A stretch of DNA of 64,000 bases, from positions 620,001 to 684,000 of the forward strand of contig NW_003314330.1 in NCBI RefSeq assembly GCF_000143415.4, given 5' to 3'. Both the position numbers and the translations under genes were made by a program. Numbering within the stretch: position 1 is the first letter of the stretch; the number at the start of each line of letters is the position of its first letter. This document shows, piece after piece, positions 52,020-64,000 of the stretch. The notes under the pieces are model-generated. The model made no database searches, was not told the origin of the DNA, and saw only the letters and a list, made by a program, of their open reading frames with translations. This stretch comes from Selaginella moellendorffii (Eukaryota > Plantae > Lycopodiophyta).

Positions 52020-55000
52020 ATGGCAAAGGCAGGGCAAAAACAAACCAAGGCGGAGACGGAACCTCCTCCAGAGCTGGAGCCTTCAGTCGAACAAGAGGCT
52101 ATGGATGAAGAATCCTTGCATGAGGAGGACTCCAGTGAGGAAACTTCCAAACAAGAGTCCGGTGGTGAGGTGCGGTCGTCCAAGGCTTGATTGGATGTTC
52201 TAGAACGACAATTGGCACAGACCAATGCCCTGCTGGAGACTCTCGTACGCAAGCTAAAGCGTGACGAGAAGCGGAAGAAAAGGCGAAAGACTGCGGATGC
52301 TGGCAGCGCAGAAGGTGCAAACCCTTCGGTAGGGATTGAGGCAGAACCAAACAAGGTTAAACAGACCAAAGTGGAATCAGTCCATCAGGTAGTTCCCAAG
52401 TACAAACCAAAGTCCCTACCAGTCTTCAAGGGAGTGAATGACTATAAGGTGGTGGAGGATTGGTTTTATGATATGGAGGACTACTTTTGAGCATTGCTGT
52501 TACCGAGCTCGGAGAAGGTCCCATGTGCAAAACCATACTTGGCAGATAATGCCAAGTCTTGGTGGAGAACGACGGAGGCCAATGAAGGACCGGTGGCCAT
52601 GAAGGCGAGGATCCGCACGACTTACGTTCTTTCGAATGCTACTCTGCATCTAAGAGACGAGTTGAGTAGGCTGAAGTAGACCGAAACCATTCAGGAGTAA
52701 TGTGAATGGGTTTTTGGCAAAGAGGATACTTGTCACGGACATGGGGGATATGGATGCGTTCCATACCTTCATATCGGGCTTGCAAACCTGGGCTCGCGGC
52801 GAGGTGATGCATTGGAACCCGACCAATTACAAAGAAGCGTTGGATGCGGCTATCAAGGTGCATTTTAACGATAACCTGCGAAAGGGGAACACGACAGGGT
52901 CGGGGTCCACATTTAGCAAAGGGGCTAAACCAAGGGGAACATATAGCAAAGGGAAATTCAAGAAGAGTTTCTCTAAAAATGAGTCCTCAGGGTTCTGGAA
53001 AGGCAAATCCGGTGGCCAGCGAGCAAGTACGTGGGGGAGTCAAGCAAAAAGAGACAAACCCACAGATAAGAAGGTCAAGTGGTTTAACAGCGTGGGAAAC
53101 AACGTATGTTACAACTGTGGTGAAGCAGGACACTTTTTGAGGGAATGTCCCTACCCGAAGAAGGCCAGAGCCAATATGGCCATTAAGTCGGGTGAAGTCC
53201 AAATTGAGGTATGTAATCTAGTCCCTAGCTCAAAGTTACTCATTACACGAGCAACTTTGGTAGAGAGTCGTTTGCGACATTTACTAGCCCTTCGAGGGAA
53301 GCTCGGAGGTAGCTTTGTTAAAATCTTTATTGACATGGGTGCTTCGGATAATTTTGTGGCTGCAAACATAGTCTAGCAAGCTGGACTAATAGTGCAGTGG
53401 CAGGGCAAACCAAGGACTATAGAGTTTGTTCAAGGTAGCCAAAGCACCGATGAGGTACTTCGACAAGCGAGAGTCGAAGTAGGGACTTGGAAAGTAGACA
53501 TGGATTTTACCGTGTTGGACATGGCGAGATTTGACGTGATCTTCGGGATGGATTGGTTCAATCTATTCGTGGTAGCCCTGCATGGACAAGGTAGGAACCT
53601 TGTGGTACTAGCGAATGCCCAAGGAAAAAGATTCAGGGTGGAAGCCCAAGATCTAAAGGTAGGGCAATGCAAGGCCAAAAATTCGTGCCTAAACCTGGTG
53701 TCCACGAGAGGACAACTCACTAAAGGGACCAAGGCTGCATTTTTGTGCTTACTCTTGGTGAGGAATGACAAAAAGATAAGAATGGAGGAAATACCTTTAG
53801 TGATCTAACGGGTGTTGGACCAATTCTAGGATACCATGCCGGAGGAGCTACCGGCGGGTTGCCCCCTGCACGACCAATAGAACATAAGATTGAGTTGGTC
53901 GAGGGTGCTGAGGTGGTGGTTCGTCCCTCCTATCATTTGAATGAAAAAGAACTCGCGGAGCTCAAGCGCCAACTAGAGGAGTTGGTGGACAAAGGGTATG
54001 TTAGGTTGAGCAAGTCGCCGAATGGAGTGCTAGTGCTATTTGTGAAAAAGAAAGATGGATCTATGCGCATGTGCATAGACTACCGGTTGCTCAACAAATA
54101 TACAAAGAAGAACAAGTACCCTTTGCCAAGGATTAAGGATCTGTTCGATAGGTTGGGAAAGGCAAAATACTTCTCGAGGATTGACCTAAGGTTAGGATAC
54201 TACCAGATCAGGGTAGCAGAGGAAGATGTCAAGAAGACAACCTATCAAACGAGGTATGGGAGTTTCGAGTTTCTGGTGATGCCCTTCAGGCTATGCAATG
54301 TGTCGGCAATGTTTTCGGCATTGATGAACCATATCTTTGTACCCTATCTGGATCACTTTGTGGTCGTTTATATTGACGACATCATGATCTATAGCGAAAC
54401 GCTAGAGGAGCATGCCAAACACTTGACGAAGGTGTTTGAGAAACTAAGGGAACACCAGCTATATGCTAAAGAGAGCAAATGTGACTTTCCTCAGCAAGAG
54501 GTAAAGTTTCTCGGGCATGTGGTGGGCAAAGACAGGCTCAAGGTGGACCCTGAGAAGGTCCAAACGATCCAGGATTGCGAGCGACCATCAAATGTACACG
54601 AGTTAAGGGCATTCTTGGGGCTATGCAACTAATATCGAAAGTTTATCAGACACTATTCGAGAGTAACCCTGCCCTTAACGGACCAAACGGGAAAAGGGAA
54701 GATGGTATGGACAGCAGAATGCGAGGCGGCATTCGTCCACCTCAAGGGGAAGTTGAGGAAGGCTCCCATGTTGGCATTACCAGACTTTGGTAAGGACTTT
54801 GAGGTAGAAACGGATGCTTTAGACTTTGCATTGGGCGTAGTTTTGAAGCAAGACAACCATCTAGTAGCGTTATTCTCGAAAAAGTTGGACAAGGCTCAAC
54901 GGAAGTGGCTTGCTTATGGGAAGGAGTTATTTGCGGTGGTCAAGGCGCTCAAGGAGTGGCGACACTACATTGAGAGGCACTTCAAGGTTTACATGGACAA

Positions 55001-56778
55001 TGTGGCAACGAAACACTTCTTGTCACAACCCGACCTGAGGGGAAAACAAGGTCGGTGGGCCAATGCTTTGGCAGAGTTTGATTGCAAGATTTTGTACAAG
55101 CCTGGGAAGAGCAATATTATGGCAGATGTGCTAAGTCGAAAAGCGAGCTTGAAGTTGGCGATATCCAGCGCGACAACAACCTTTTGGGATGATGTGCAGA
55201 CCGTATACGAGAACGATGGTCTAGCACAAGAAGTGTTGCTGAGGAATCTAGAGGCACGGGAAGCTCACCAGAGAGGTGAGCTACCAACGGAAAAGAAAAC
55301 GGGTTATGTGGAACGTAACGGACTCATAGATTACAAGCAAATGAGGGTATATGTCCTAGAAGGGGAACTAAGGAATGTAGTCTTAGAAGAGTGTCATGAC
55401 GGACCTCTTGCGGGACACGGTGGAGTGCCCAAGACAATAGGCTTACTCAAGAGGAAGTACCACTGGCCAGATATGGCTAAGGACGTCCAAGACTATGTAA
55501 AGACATGTCCAACATGTCAACAGGTCAAAGCCGTGACTAAGGCTATTGGGGGCTTGTTACAAAGCATCCCAATTCCAGATTGTCTATGGAAATGTCTTAT
55601 AATGGACTTCATCACGGGACTCCCCCTAAGCGAGGGGTTCGATGCAATATTCGAGATGGTGGATCGATTTTCGAAGATGGCACATTTCATACCCACCACA
55701 ACGAAAGTGAATGCGGAAGGTGTGGCAAAGCTGTTCTTCAAACAAGTGGTTCGAGTGCAAGGAAGGCCAGAAGAGATTATCTCAGATCGAGATAAGATCT
55801 TCACTTGTAGGTTCTGGAGAACACTCCTGGAACAATATCGCACCAAGTTGAAATTCAACACAGCCTATCACCCACGGACAGATAATGGGTATTAAGTCAA
55901 GTTTGATGGCACAAACATTTCTTGACAGACGGACAAATGGAAAGGGTGAATAGGCAACTGGAGGATTATTTGCGATGCTATGTCTCGAGAGACTAGACCG
56001 ATTGGGTAAGTCATTTGGGACTTGCGGAAATGTGTTATAATAACTCACCACATTCGAGCATCGGGGTGAGTCCATGGGAAGTCATCAATAGGCGAGCTAT
56101 TGAAGGTCCTGTGGAACTTGGCGTGGCCAAGTATCATGGAGAGTTACCCGCAGTGGAAGCATTCACGGCAGAAAGACTCAACATTTGGAATCTAGTGAGG
56201 GATTCCTTGGAACGGGCTTAACAAAGGCAAATCAAGTACGCGAAACAGAAGTGTCGGGATGTAGAGTTCCAAGCTGGGGAGAAGGTGTGGCTGAACACCA
56301 AGAACCTCAGGCTACCAAGTGGGATCAGCTGGAAGTTGACCCAAAGGTAAAAATGCATGTATTCCTAAATAAATTGATCTTGAGTTCCTTGAGCAGGTTT
56401 GTAGGGCCTTATGAGATTGATGCTCGAATCGGTAAAGTGGCTTACCATCTTTGACTTCCTTGAGAGATGGGGAAGATGCACCATGTGTTCCACGTGAACT
56501 TACTCAAGCCGTATTTTGAGGATCCGCTTCGCAAGGACCAAGTAAGACCTTTACCTGAGGTTATCCAAGGGGAAGAGGAATACAAAGTCGAGGCTATCCT
56601 CAATGCACGCAAGAGCAAGCGACAAACATGCGAGGTGAGAGAGTTCCATGTGAAGTGGAAAGGATTTCCACACTGCGAAACAACATGGGAACCAAAGGAG
56701 AACCTAGCGAACGCGTGAGATTTAGTGGAGGAATTTCTGCAAAGTAGAACTCTATGTACTTATGCAAAGTTCAATTAA
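52020..56778 (+). pseudogene. gag-pol of element B with C-terminal chromodomain (several stops and frameshifts)
   Basis: Zn knuckle CYNCGEAGHFLREC, PR IDMGAS, RT YIDD, RH ETDA, INT H..H..CPTC / MDFI / ISDRD / GQMER, GPY, and chromodomain EYKVEAIL..VKWKGF..TWEP. Confidence 0.92.
56347..56396 (+). other. Predicted 50-nt spliceosomal intron inside the integrase of element B
   Basis: AG|GTAAAA..TTCCTTGAGCAG|G. Removal restores the frame and KLTQRFVGPY. Confidence 0.75.
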
Positions 56779-58590
56779 AGTATCAATTCCTGAAGTTGAG
56801 CAATGGCATATGTTGGGACCCGAAGGCACGTTGAAGGTAAGTTAATTAGCATGGGTTAGCTAGATCGACCAGGTGTAGGGAACTATGCCCGACTCCCTGT
56901 GGGGATGTCGAATCCGTAGACGTATTCTACGGAGGTTGGGTTCGAGTCCCAACTCCCTAGTAAAGCAAGGTTGGGTTCAAGTCCCAACCCCATACTAGAG
57001 TGTGGTGAGGTGAGGAGTATAAAGACACCTATATTCCGTTGTCATGGGCTCTTCGCCGGGGAGGCTAACTTAGGCACATTACTAAGTGGGGGGATGCCCC
57101 CGGAGACATGGTCAACAAGTCGTAGGATAAAAAAGAGACGTTCGATATGGGCATCAAACTTCTTCTATGGGTGGTGGAGTTGTAAAGAACTAACTCTCCA
57201 AGGTGTCGTAGGCTAAAGGATCCCCGAAAGCATGACCAAAATGACAAAAAGTTCATCGGATGGGACCGAGTCGAAGATCGAGTCCAAGACCGACTCTGAG
57301 ACCGAGTTTGAGATAGAGTCCGGGATCGAGTCCGAGGCCGAATTGGAGACCAAGTTCGAGACCGAGTTTGAGACGAGTTTGGGACAGAGTCCGAGATCCA
57401 AATCGGGTCCGAGACCGAGTCTGAGGTCGAGTCCGAAGTCGAGTCCGAGATTGGGTCTGAGATCGAGTCCGAGACCGAGTCCAAAGTTGGGTCCGAGATC
57501 GAGTCCGAGATCGAGTCCGAGATCGAGTCCGAGATCGAGTCCGAGACTGAGTCCGAGACTGAGTCCAAGTACTAATACGGGTCAAGGGGTGAAAGCCCAA
57601 AGCGTGCGTCTCCCGGGGGGGGGGGGGGGGGGGGTTCCAAAAGTATAGGATAGTGAGGTCTAGGAACTCTTCAGTGGTGCTTCCAAACTGACTTGAGGTT
57701 GAGATTGGGGCCGAGGGGCCTTGGGTGGGAGTGAGCAGGGACTTGGGTGGTGCTGAAGGGGCCACCCCAGGAAGTGCTCAAGAGCATCTCCCACTCCTGA
57801 AAGGGAAACCAACTGTGGTGCTCCCGACTCATGTGGAGTGGTGCCCCACTTGAGTACCATGCGGCTCATTGGTCCTCGCCCTTCCTAGGGGCTTGGGCCT
57901 TCCTTCGGGATGGAAGTGGGGGGGTAGAGGTACCCATATTGGGCCGTTATGCCACAGTGTTTCGCCCCGGTGTCCCGAAGCAAGTGTTGCACCCAAGACT
58001 TGGGATTTAGAGGGTCCTATGATCAAGTCTTGTGGTACCAAGGGGTGTTAAGAACCTGGAGGCTTGGTGTGCTTGGCTGCTTGTGCCTGCGGGGAGTGTA
58101 GCCAAACCTTAAGTCCAATCTAACCCGGGGAGGGGGATTAGAAGAGATTTGGGAATCCGTGGATGGATGGATAATGCTCCATTGCTCGTGCAGTGAGTAG
58201 CTGAAACCAAGTAGGACCAAGTAGGAGCTGGTACCATAGGCGAGAACCTTGGCGAGGGAACTTAACAAAAGCCGAGGCAGTGTTGGACGGATAAATGAGG
58301 TAAGCTGGCAAATGGGAAAGGAAAAATTTGTGGCTTACAACGACGTGATGTTATTTGGTATGTGCATAGTTGCGTTTGGTGCCAAGCGTAATACTCCCCC
58401 TTGTGTTACGGAAGGACAGTTGGAGTTAATTGCAATTTCCCATCTATTTGAGTTGGTGGCATTTGATCTTATGGGACCTTTTCCACGGTCGACTGCTGGC
58501 AATGAGTATGGTATTATTGCTTCTGACTACTTGACTCGTTGGGTGGAATTGCTAACGCCTTTGCAACTGCTGTTGGATACTTCTTCCTTA

Positions 58591-60498
58591 ATCATCCGAT
58601 AAACCAGTAGTAGAGTATAAGAACCACCAAGATCATCATAAGTGGTAAACATAGGATTCACCATCAAACAAAAGTCAATAGCAAGTATATCATCAAGTAA
58701 ACTCAATGATAAAGTTTAACTATTAAAGATTGTAGACAGAATGCTAAACAACTTACGAAAGATAACTCAAAGAACACAAAGTATCATTAACTGGCAAGCA
58801 AAATGCTCGCGAATGTATCACCTAAAGGAAATAACATCCCAATCTATCAGAACTAACTCGAGTAACAATCAACAAAACAGAATGAATGTGGCAAGACCAA
58901 CAAACACTTATTTATGCCAACTATCAAGCTAGCTAATCCGAATAGATCCCAGCCAACAACACCAAGGAACTCAAGTTGCCTAAACAAGTGTCAACAACAT
59001 CCTACTGATGTCTCAAACCCAAAAGACCAATCTAGAGCAAACCACAAAGAACATGTGGTATTGCGAAAAGCCAAAAGTTATCAAAGAGAACACTAACCAT
59101 CATGAAAGATCATCAATCATCCTATTAACAAAAAGATGCATAATGATCATTGAAGGAATAATCCACTATCCGAAGAACAGCAGATCATTCACCACTAACA
59201 ACAACTAAGCAAAATCTTTGATAAGGATAATCAACTATCCGAAATGATAGTCAATCATTTCCAATGATTGCTAGATGCAAAAGCCAACTTCAATATTGGA
59301 GCTAATGAGCCAAAAATGCCTTCCCCAACAACTTCTAACAAATGGACCACAAACATAGAAACTCAAGGAACCAAAAGTTTGAAGAAGCCTAAAGCTAAGT
59401 CTTGTCTAACAATGATTACGAGTCTTATATGAACTAATGTCAATGCTAAAGAAAAAATCATGGTATAATCCACAATATCTTCCTCAACACATCCATAAGC
59501 TAAACTTCATAATGCCAAAGTTAATGAAGAGCATATCTACATCAATCCAAAAGCTAAGTAACAAGTGATCACCAAACGATCCTTTATGAATCCATCTATA
59601 GCAAGACGTAACTCACTTCATAACAAGCACAAGAAAAATCATCAATGATTAATATATTCCAGCTCAAATCCAATAAGGATTCAAACATTCAAATATCAAT
59701 CACTAACTCTTCCACTTGTAGAGTTAGCATAGTCCATGACTAAACCACTTTTCAAGGAAAAGCTCAAAGCTCAACCCCTACTAAATAATCTCGTTTAGAA
59801 CACAACTAACTCAAACTTGCCACTTAGTTCATTTGAATGTCAATACAGTTGCTAACTAGCAAATGCACGAATGCTAATAACACAAAGCTATAGCCAAATC
59901 ATCAACACTATCTTTATCAAAACTAATGAAACTCGACATCAATCTTGCGGAGAGACATCTCATTTCACTAAAATCTCAACATCAACAATGTCAACGATAA
60001 GGCATCACTTCAATGCCATCAACACTAGAACAAAGCTAGAAAAAAAAAACACGAGTGAATCACCACTCAAAGCTCTCCAACAACTAAGCTAACCAAAGTC
60101 GAAGATACTTTAGTTAGTATCCGAGACCAATCCTCCAACAATACTCAGTTACAGATAACACTTCCTCAAGGAGTGAAACACCACATCCAAGATTCCATGA
60201 AATCCAACACTATGAACTAAACGCAACCAAATGATATCAACAGAGGTAGAGTCGACATGCCAACATGGAAAACCCTGTAAGTTTAATGACACAATCCTCC
60301 GCAACACCATCCGGTAAAGCAAGCCCATCACTGTTAAATCATCATCGAGCGAAGCAAGTATCAGAGGTCCTCGACGAAGTCTATAAGCAACCATTAGTCG
60401 CAAGGCAACCAATAATCACTCTTCAATTTGCCTTCACAAGACTCAAACACTAACTCTTGTCATCAAGTCATATACTTATTCAACATGAACGTAATACC
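58591..60498 (-). mobile_element. Family-C element C1 internal region, originally contiguous with 27634
   Basis: 58591-~59576 is the reverse complement of ~61101-62105. Confidence 0.8.
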
Positions 60499-63400
60499 TG
60501 TCGCGAATGTGACTTCGGGTATCGAAAGTTACCTGTCGGCTAGTCCTTACGGACACTCTTACCTTACTGCCACGATGGTAGGAGGTCGGTATTGCTGGGC
60601 CCGTTATCAGTCTCCGCCTAAGCTAGTTGAGAAACTAGTCTTCGCGTGTGCACTTGACCAGATGAGCATAAGGAAGGAATTCCTAAGTGTCTATTTAGTC
60701 AAGCATACTTGACCTGGTTAGAGAAACTCATTCGTTAACTTGCACTTGCTAGTGTTGGGAACCCCCGTGATATTGAGCTTGGTCCCTCAATATTGCAAGA
60801 TGATAGCTTACCGTGTCTGCCAAACACCCTCGCTATCATGCCCTTTGTGTTGGTCTCATTTCGGTCCCAAATGCTATTTATGGAAAGTGTCCAGATTTGC
60901 TCATTTGGCATATCTACGGAATGTAGAGATCGTTCTAAACACAATGGTGTTCGTCCCGTGTCCAAATTCACAATCTAGGGACATTCCATATTTAGTAAGT
61001 TTCGAGCTTGTTCCAGAGACTAACTCCTGATACTAAGGGAGGCTTGGGGTGAAAGCCCAAAGTGTGTGTTCCTCAAGGGGGGGGGGGGGGGGGGGCCTAA
61101 CTTTGGGGATCACTTGTTGAGTAAAGCTTCCTTATGCTTAGCTTTTGGATTGAGGCAAACATGCCCTTCATTAGCTTTGGCATTATGAAGTTTAGCTTAG
61201 GGATGTGTTGAGGAAAAAATTGGGGGTTGGACCATGATTTCTTCTTTCCCATTGAAGTTAGTTCATGCGAAACTTGGGATCCTTGTTAAGCAAGACTTAG
61301 CTTTAGACTTCTTCGAGCTTTTGGTTCTTTGAGTTTTATGCCCATTATTCCATTTGTTAAAAGTTGTTGGGGAAAACATTTTGGCTTGTTAGCTTCGATA
61401 TTGATGTTAGTATTTGCGTCTAGCAATCATTGGCGATGATTGACTATCATCTAAGATAGTTGATTATCCTTGTCAAGGGTTTTGCTTGATTATTGTTGGT
61501 ATAGAATGATTTACTGTTCTTCGGGATGGTAGATTCTTTCTTCAATGATGATTATGCATTTCTTTATTGATAGGATGATTAATGATCTTTTATGATAGTT
61601 AGTTGTTCTCTTTGATGGCTTTTGGCTTTTCGCAATACCACATGTTCTTTGTGGTTTGCTCTGGATTGGTTTCTTGGGTTTGAGACATCAGTAGGATGTT
61701 GCTGACACTTGCTTAGGCAACTTGAGTTCCTTGGTATTGTTGGTTGGGATCTATTCAGATTGGCTTTTGTGATAGTTAGCAGGAATGAGTGTTTGTTGGT
61801 CTTACCACATTCATTCTCTTCTGTTGATTGTTGCTCGAGTTAGTTTTGATAGATTTGGATGTTATTTCCTTTGGGTGATACATTCGCGAGCATTTTGCTT
61901 GTCAGTCAATGATACTTTGTGTTCTTTGAGTTTTCTTTGGTAAGTTGTTTGGCTTACTGTCTGCTATCTTCAGTAGTTAAGTTTTATCATTGAGTTTACT
62001 TGATGATATCCTTGCTATTGAATTTTGTTTGATGGTGAATCCTATGTTTACCAATTATGATGATCTTGGTGGTTCCTATACTGTTATACTGGTTTATCGG
62101 ATGATAAATTACTTAGAATACTATTGTGTTCTAATCTAAACTTTAATTATTGGTACTTAAGTCTCTAAGATATCATTGTTTATGACTTTGATATTGTCCA
62201 TCTATTGATCTTTGAGTTTGGGCCAGTAAAGGCAGACTGGCTTCGGCACTTCGTGTGCATGTTGAAATCTCTAGTCATGGGGTAGCTACTGTCGACTGGT
62301 CACATAACCCGCCTCTTTGTCGATGTTCCTTATTCCGTTAAAAGGGCGTGACCGTGTAAACAACTCTAACTGCCTGTTTACAGTAGTCTATCTAAACCTT
62401 ACCGACGGGTTTGGTTTCTTTGCTTAGGAGGGTTGGGGCCTCTGGCTTCTCTCTCTATGTTCCTGCGGGCAGGGGCATATCACACTTTTGTAAGCTGGGT
62501 GACTCCCAGAGCAGTAAGGGTGGCTGACTCCGTTGGTCATTTCCTTGTCGGCGACGGCCGGAAGGTGTCTGAGCTAGTAGCGCATCTGCGTTAGACAAAG
62601 AGGTTACCCCTAACTCATTTAAGTTGGTGCATTTCTCACATAGTGTGAATACCGTGAACTTTTTCTGGAGTTGTTTCCTTGGCAGTATTCTAGACTCGAG
62701 TATGCATCGACAAGGACGTCGATCTTCTCTAGGGGGGGAGAGTGTCGCGAATGTGACTTCGGGTATCGAAAGTTACCTGTCGGCTAGTCCTTACGGACAC
62801 TCTTACCTTACTGCCACGATGGTAGGAGGTCGGTATTGCTGGGCCTGTTATCAGTCTCCGCCTAAGTTAGTTGAGAAACTGGTCTTCGCGTGTGCACTTG
62901 ACCAGATGAGCATAAGGAAGGAATTCCTAAGTGTCTATTTAGTCAAGCATACTTGACCTGGTTAGAGAAACTCATTCGTTGACTTGCACTTGCTAGTGTT
63001 GGGAACCCCCGTGATATTGAGCTTGGTCCCTCAATATCGCAAGATGATAGCTTACCGTGTCTGCCAAATACCCTCGCTATCATGCCCTTTGTGTTGGTCT
63101 CATTTCGGTCCCAAATGCTATTTATGGAAAGTGTCCAGATTTGCTCATTTGGCATATCTACGGAATGTAGAGATCGTTCTGAACACAATGGTGTTCGTCC
63201 CGTGTCCAAATTCACAATCTAGGGACATTCCATATTTAGTAAGTTTCGAGCTTGTTCCAGAGACTAACTCCTGATACTAAGGGAGGCTTGGGGTGAAAGC
63301 CCAAAGCGTGTGTTCCTCAAGGGGGGGGCTGTGGGGGGTTCCAAATGTATAGTAGGGATAGTGGGTAGGTCGGGCATGGCCGACCAACCTGAGGCATAGT

Positions 63401-64000
63401 TTAGCTCCCGCTTGCGTGCCTGTCCTTGTTCTGCGTCCGGCTTGGGTCTAAGCCCAAGCTCCATTCCATGCTAGTTGGTGGAGTACCCATATCCTCACAT
63501 TAGGCCACCGGTATGCCGAAATAGCGCCAGACTCCGTTTGGCTCCGTTTTGCGTGCTGGTCCTGGCATTGGGATGCTGGTTGCTCCAGGACTGTTCCAAG
63601 TCGCTCCGGGCTCCTGTACCTTCACTCCTTGGGCTTTATGCTTGGGAGTTGCTCCGTGGTCCGGTTCCGTCACTCCTTGGCTCCACGCTTGGGAGTTTGG
63701 CACCGTTCCTTCGTTCAGTGGCCCAAGGCCCTGAACCTCAAGTTCCTATGAACACGTGGCATGGACACGTGGCATGTGACATGTGGCATCTGTCACGTGG
63801 CACAAAGAGGGTTTAGGTTCCGCTTCGTGGTGTTATCCTATGGTAAATTACCATAGGATAAAGGGTCAAAACCACGTGCGCTACATTTGGTATCAGAGGA
63901 TGAGTCTCAGCGAGTATTATTCAATGAGATTGGGCAACTAGTCTTGTTGCATACGCAGAGATAAAAACGATGATCCGAGTGGGTACACGTTTTGGTGCAA
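60499..64000 (+). mobile_element. Family-C element C2: truncated LTR 60499-~61095, 3' internal region, PPT, full LTR 62743-63885, then a PBS
   Basis: LTR start TGTCGCGAATGTG at 60499 and 62743. PPT 62731-62742. TGGTATCAGAG at 63888-63898. Confidence 0.85.

Larger units (their letters stand above)
50748..58339 (+). mobile_element. Full-length chromovirus (Ty3/gypsy) element B, LTRs 50748-51960 and 57181-58339
   Basis: TG..CA LTRs, TSD GCGAC/ACGAC (1 mismatch), tRNA-iMet PBS TGGTATCGGAGCC, PPT GGGTGGTGGAGT. Confidence 0.95.
47029..58593 (+). mobile_element. 5' half of family-A element A4 (5' LTR 47029-47196, gag-PR-RT-RH-INT start), interrupted by element B and cut at 58593
   Basis: PBS TTGATGGAGTTGAGGGG, PR LVDTGSS, RT RFCIDYRPLN..LDLASGYWQ, RH VDASDIG..YSTIEKE. 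Integrase resumes at 58340. Confidence 0.9.

Noticed and set aside
61020-61065. CTGATA..GAAA in C LTRs as a possible hammerhead ribozyme (retrozyme)
   Set aside because: The core is not CUGANGA and stems I-III cannot be built.

Overview
Eukaryotic land-plant genomic DNA. The ~50-70 nt introns, GC-rich exons and gene content suggest a Selaginella-type lycophyte (inference). The host part is a locally duplicated unit: DUF1336/EDR2-C gene, Exonuclease V, a secreted SPARK-like protein and a clan-71 cytochrome P450. There are two intact P450s, one P450 pseudogene, one tiny P450 relic and a subtilase pseudogene. Most of the rest is nested Ty3/gypsy retroelements, resolved by LTR ends, PBS/PPT and target-site duplications (TSDs): a short-LTR family with 4-bp TSDs (here called A), a chromovirus (B) and its relatives (D, E), family C and a related TRIM. 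A MITE-like element is also present. Main findings: (1) the chromovirus integrase is split by a 50-nt GT-AG intron-like insert in the GPY motif, and by a second 47-nt insert just before the catalytic Glu; (2) a 195-bp Cassandra-like solo LTR carries a 5S rRNA internal promoter; (3) a clean reciprocal ~31-kb inversion (27634-58593) has both breakpoints inside retrotransposons and explains the opposite orientation of the P450 copies; (4) tandem tRNA T-loop/Box-B hairpins occur in chromovirus 3' UTRs; (5) the P450 I-helix reads AGTNTS and lacks the conserved acid. All alignments were done by eye.
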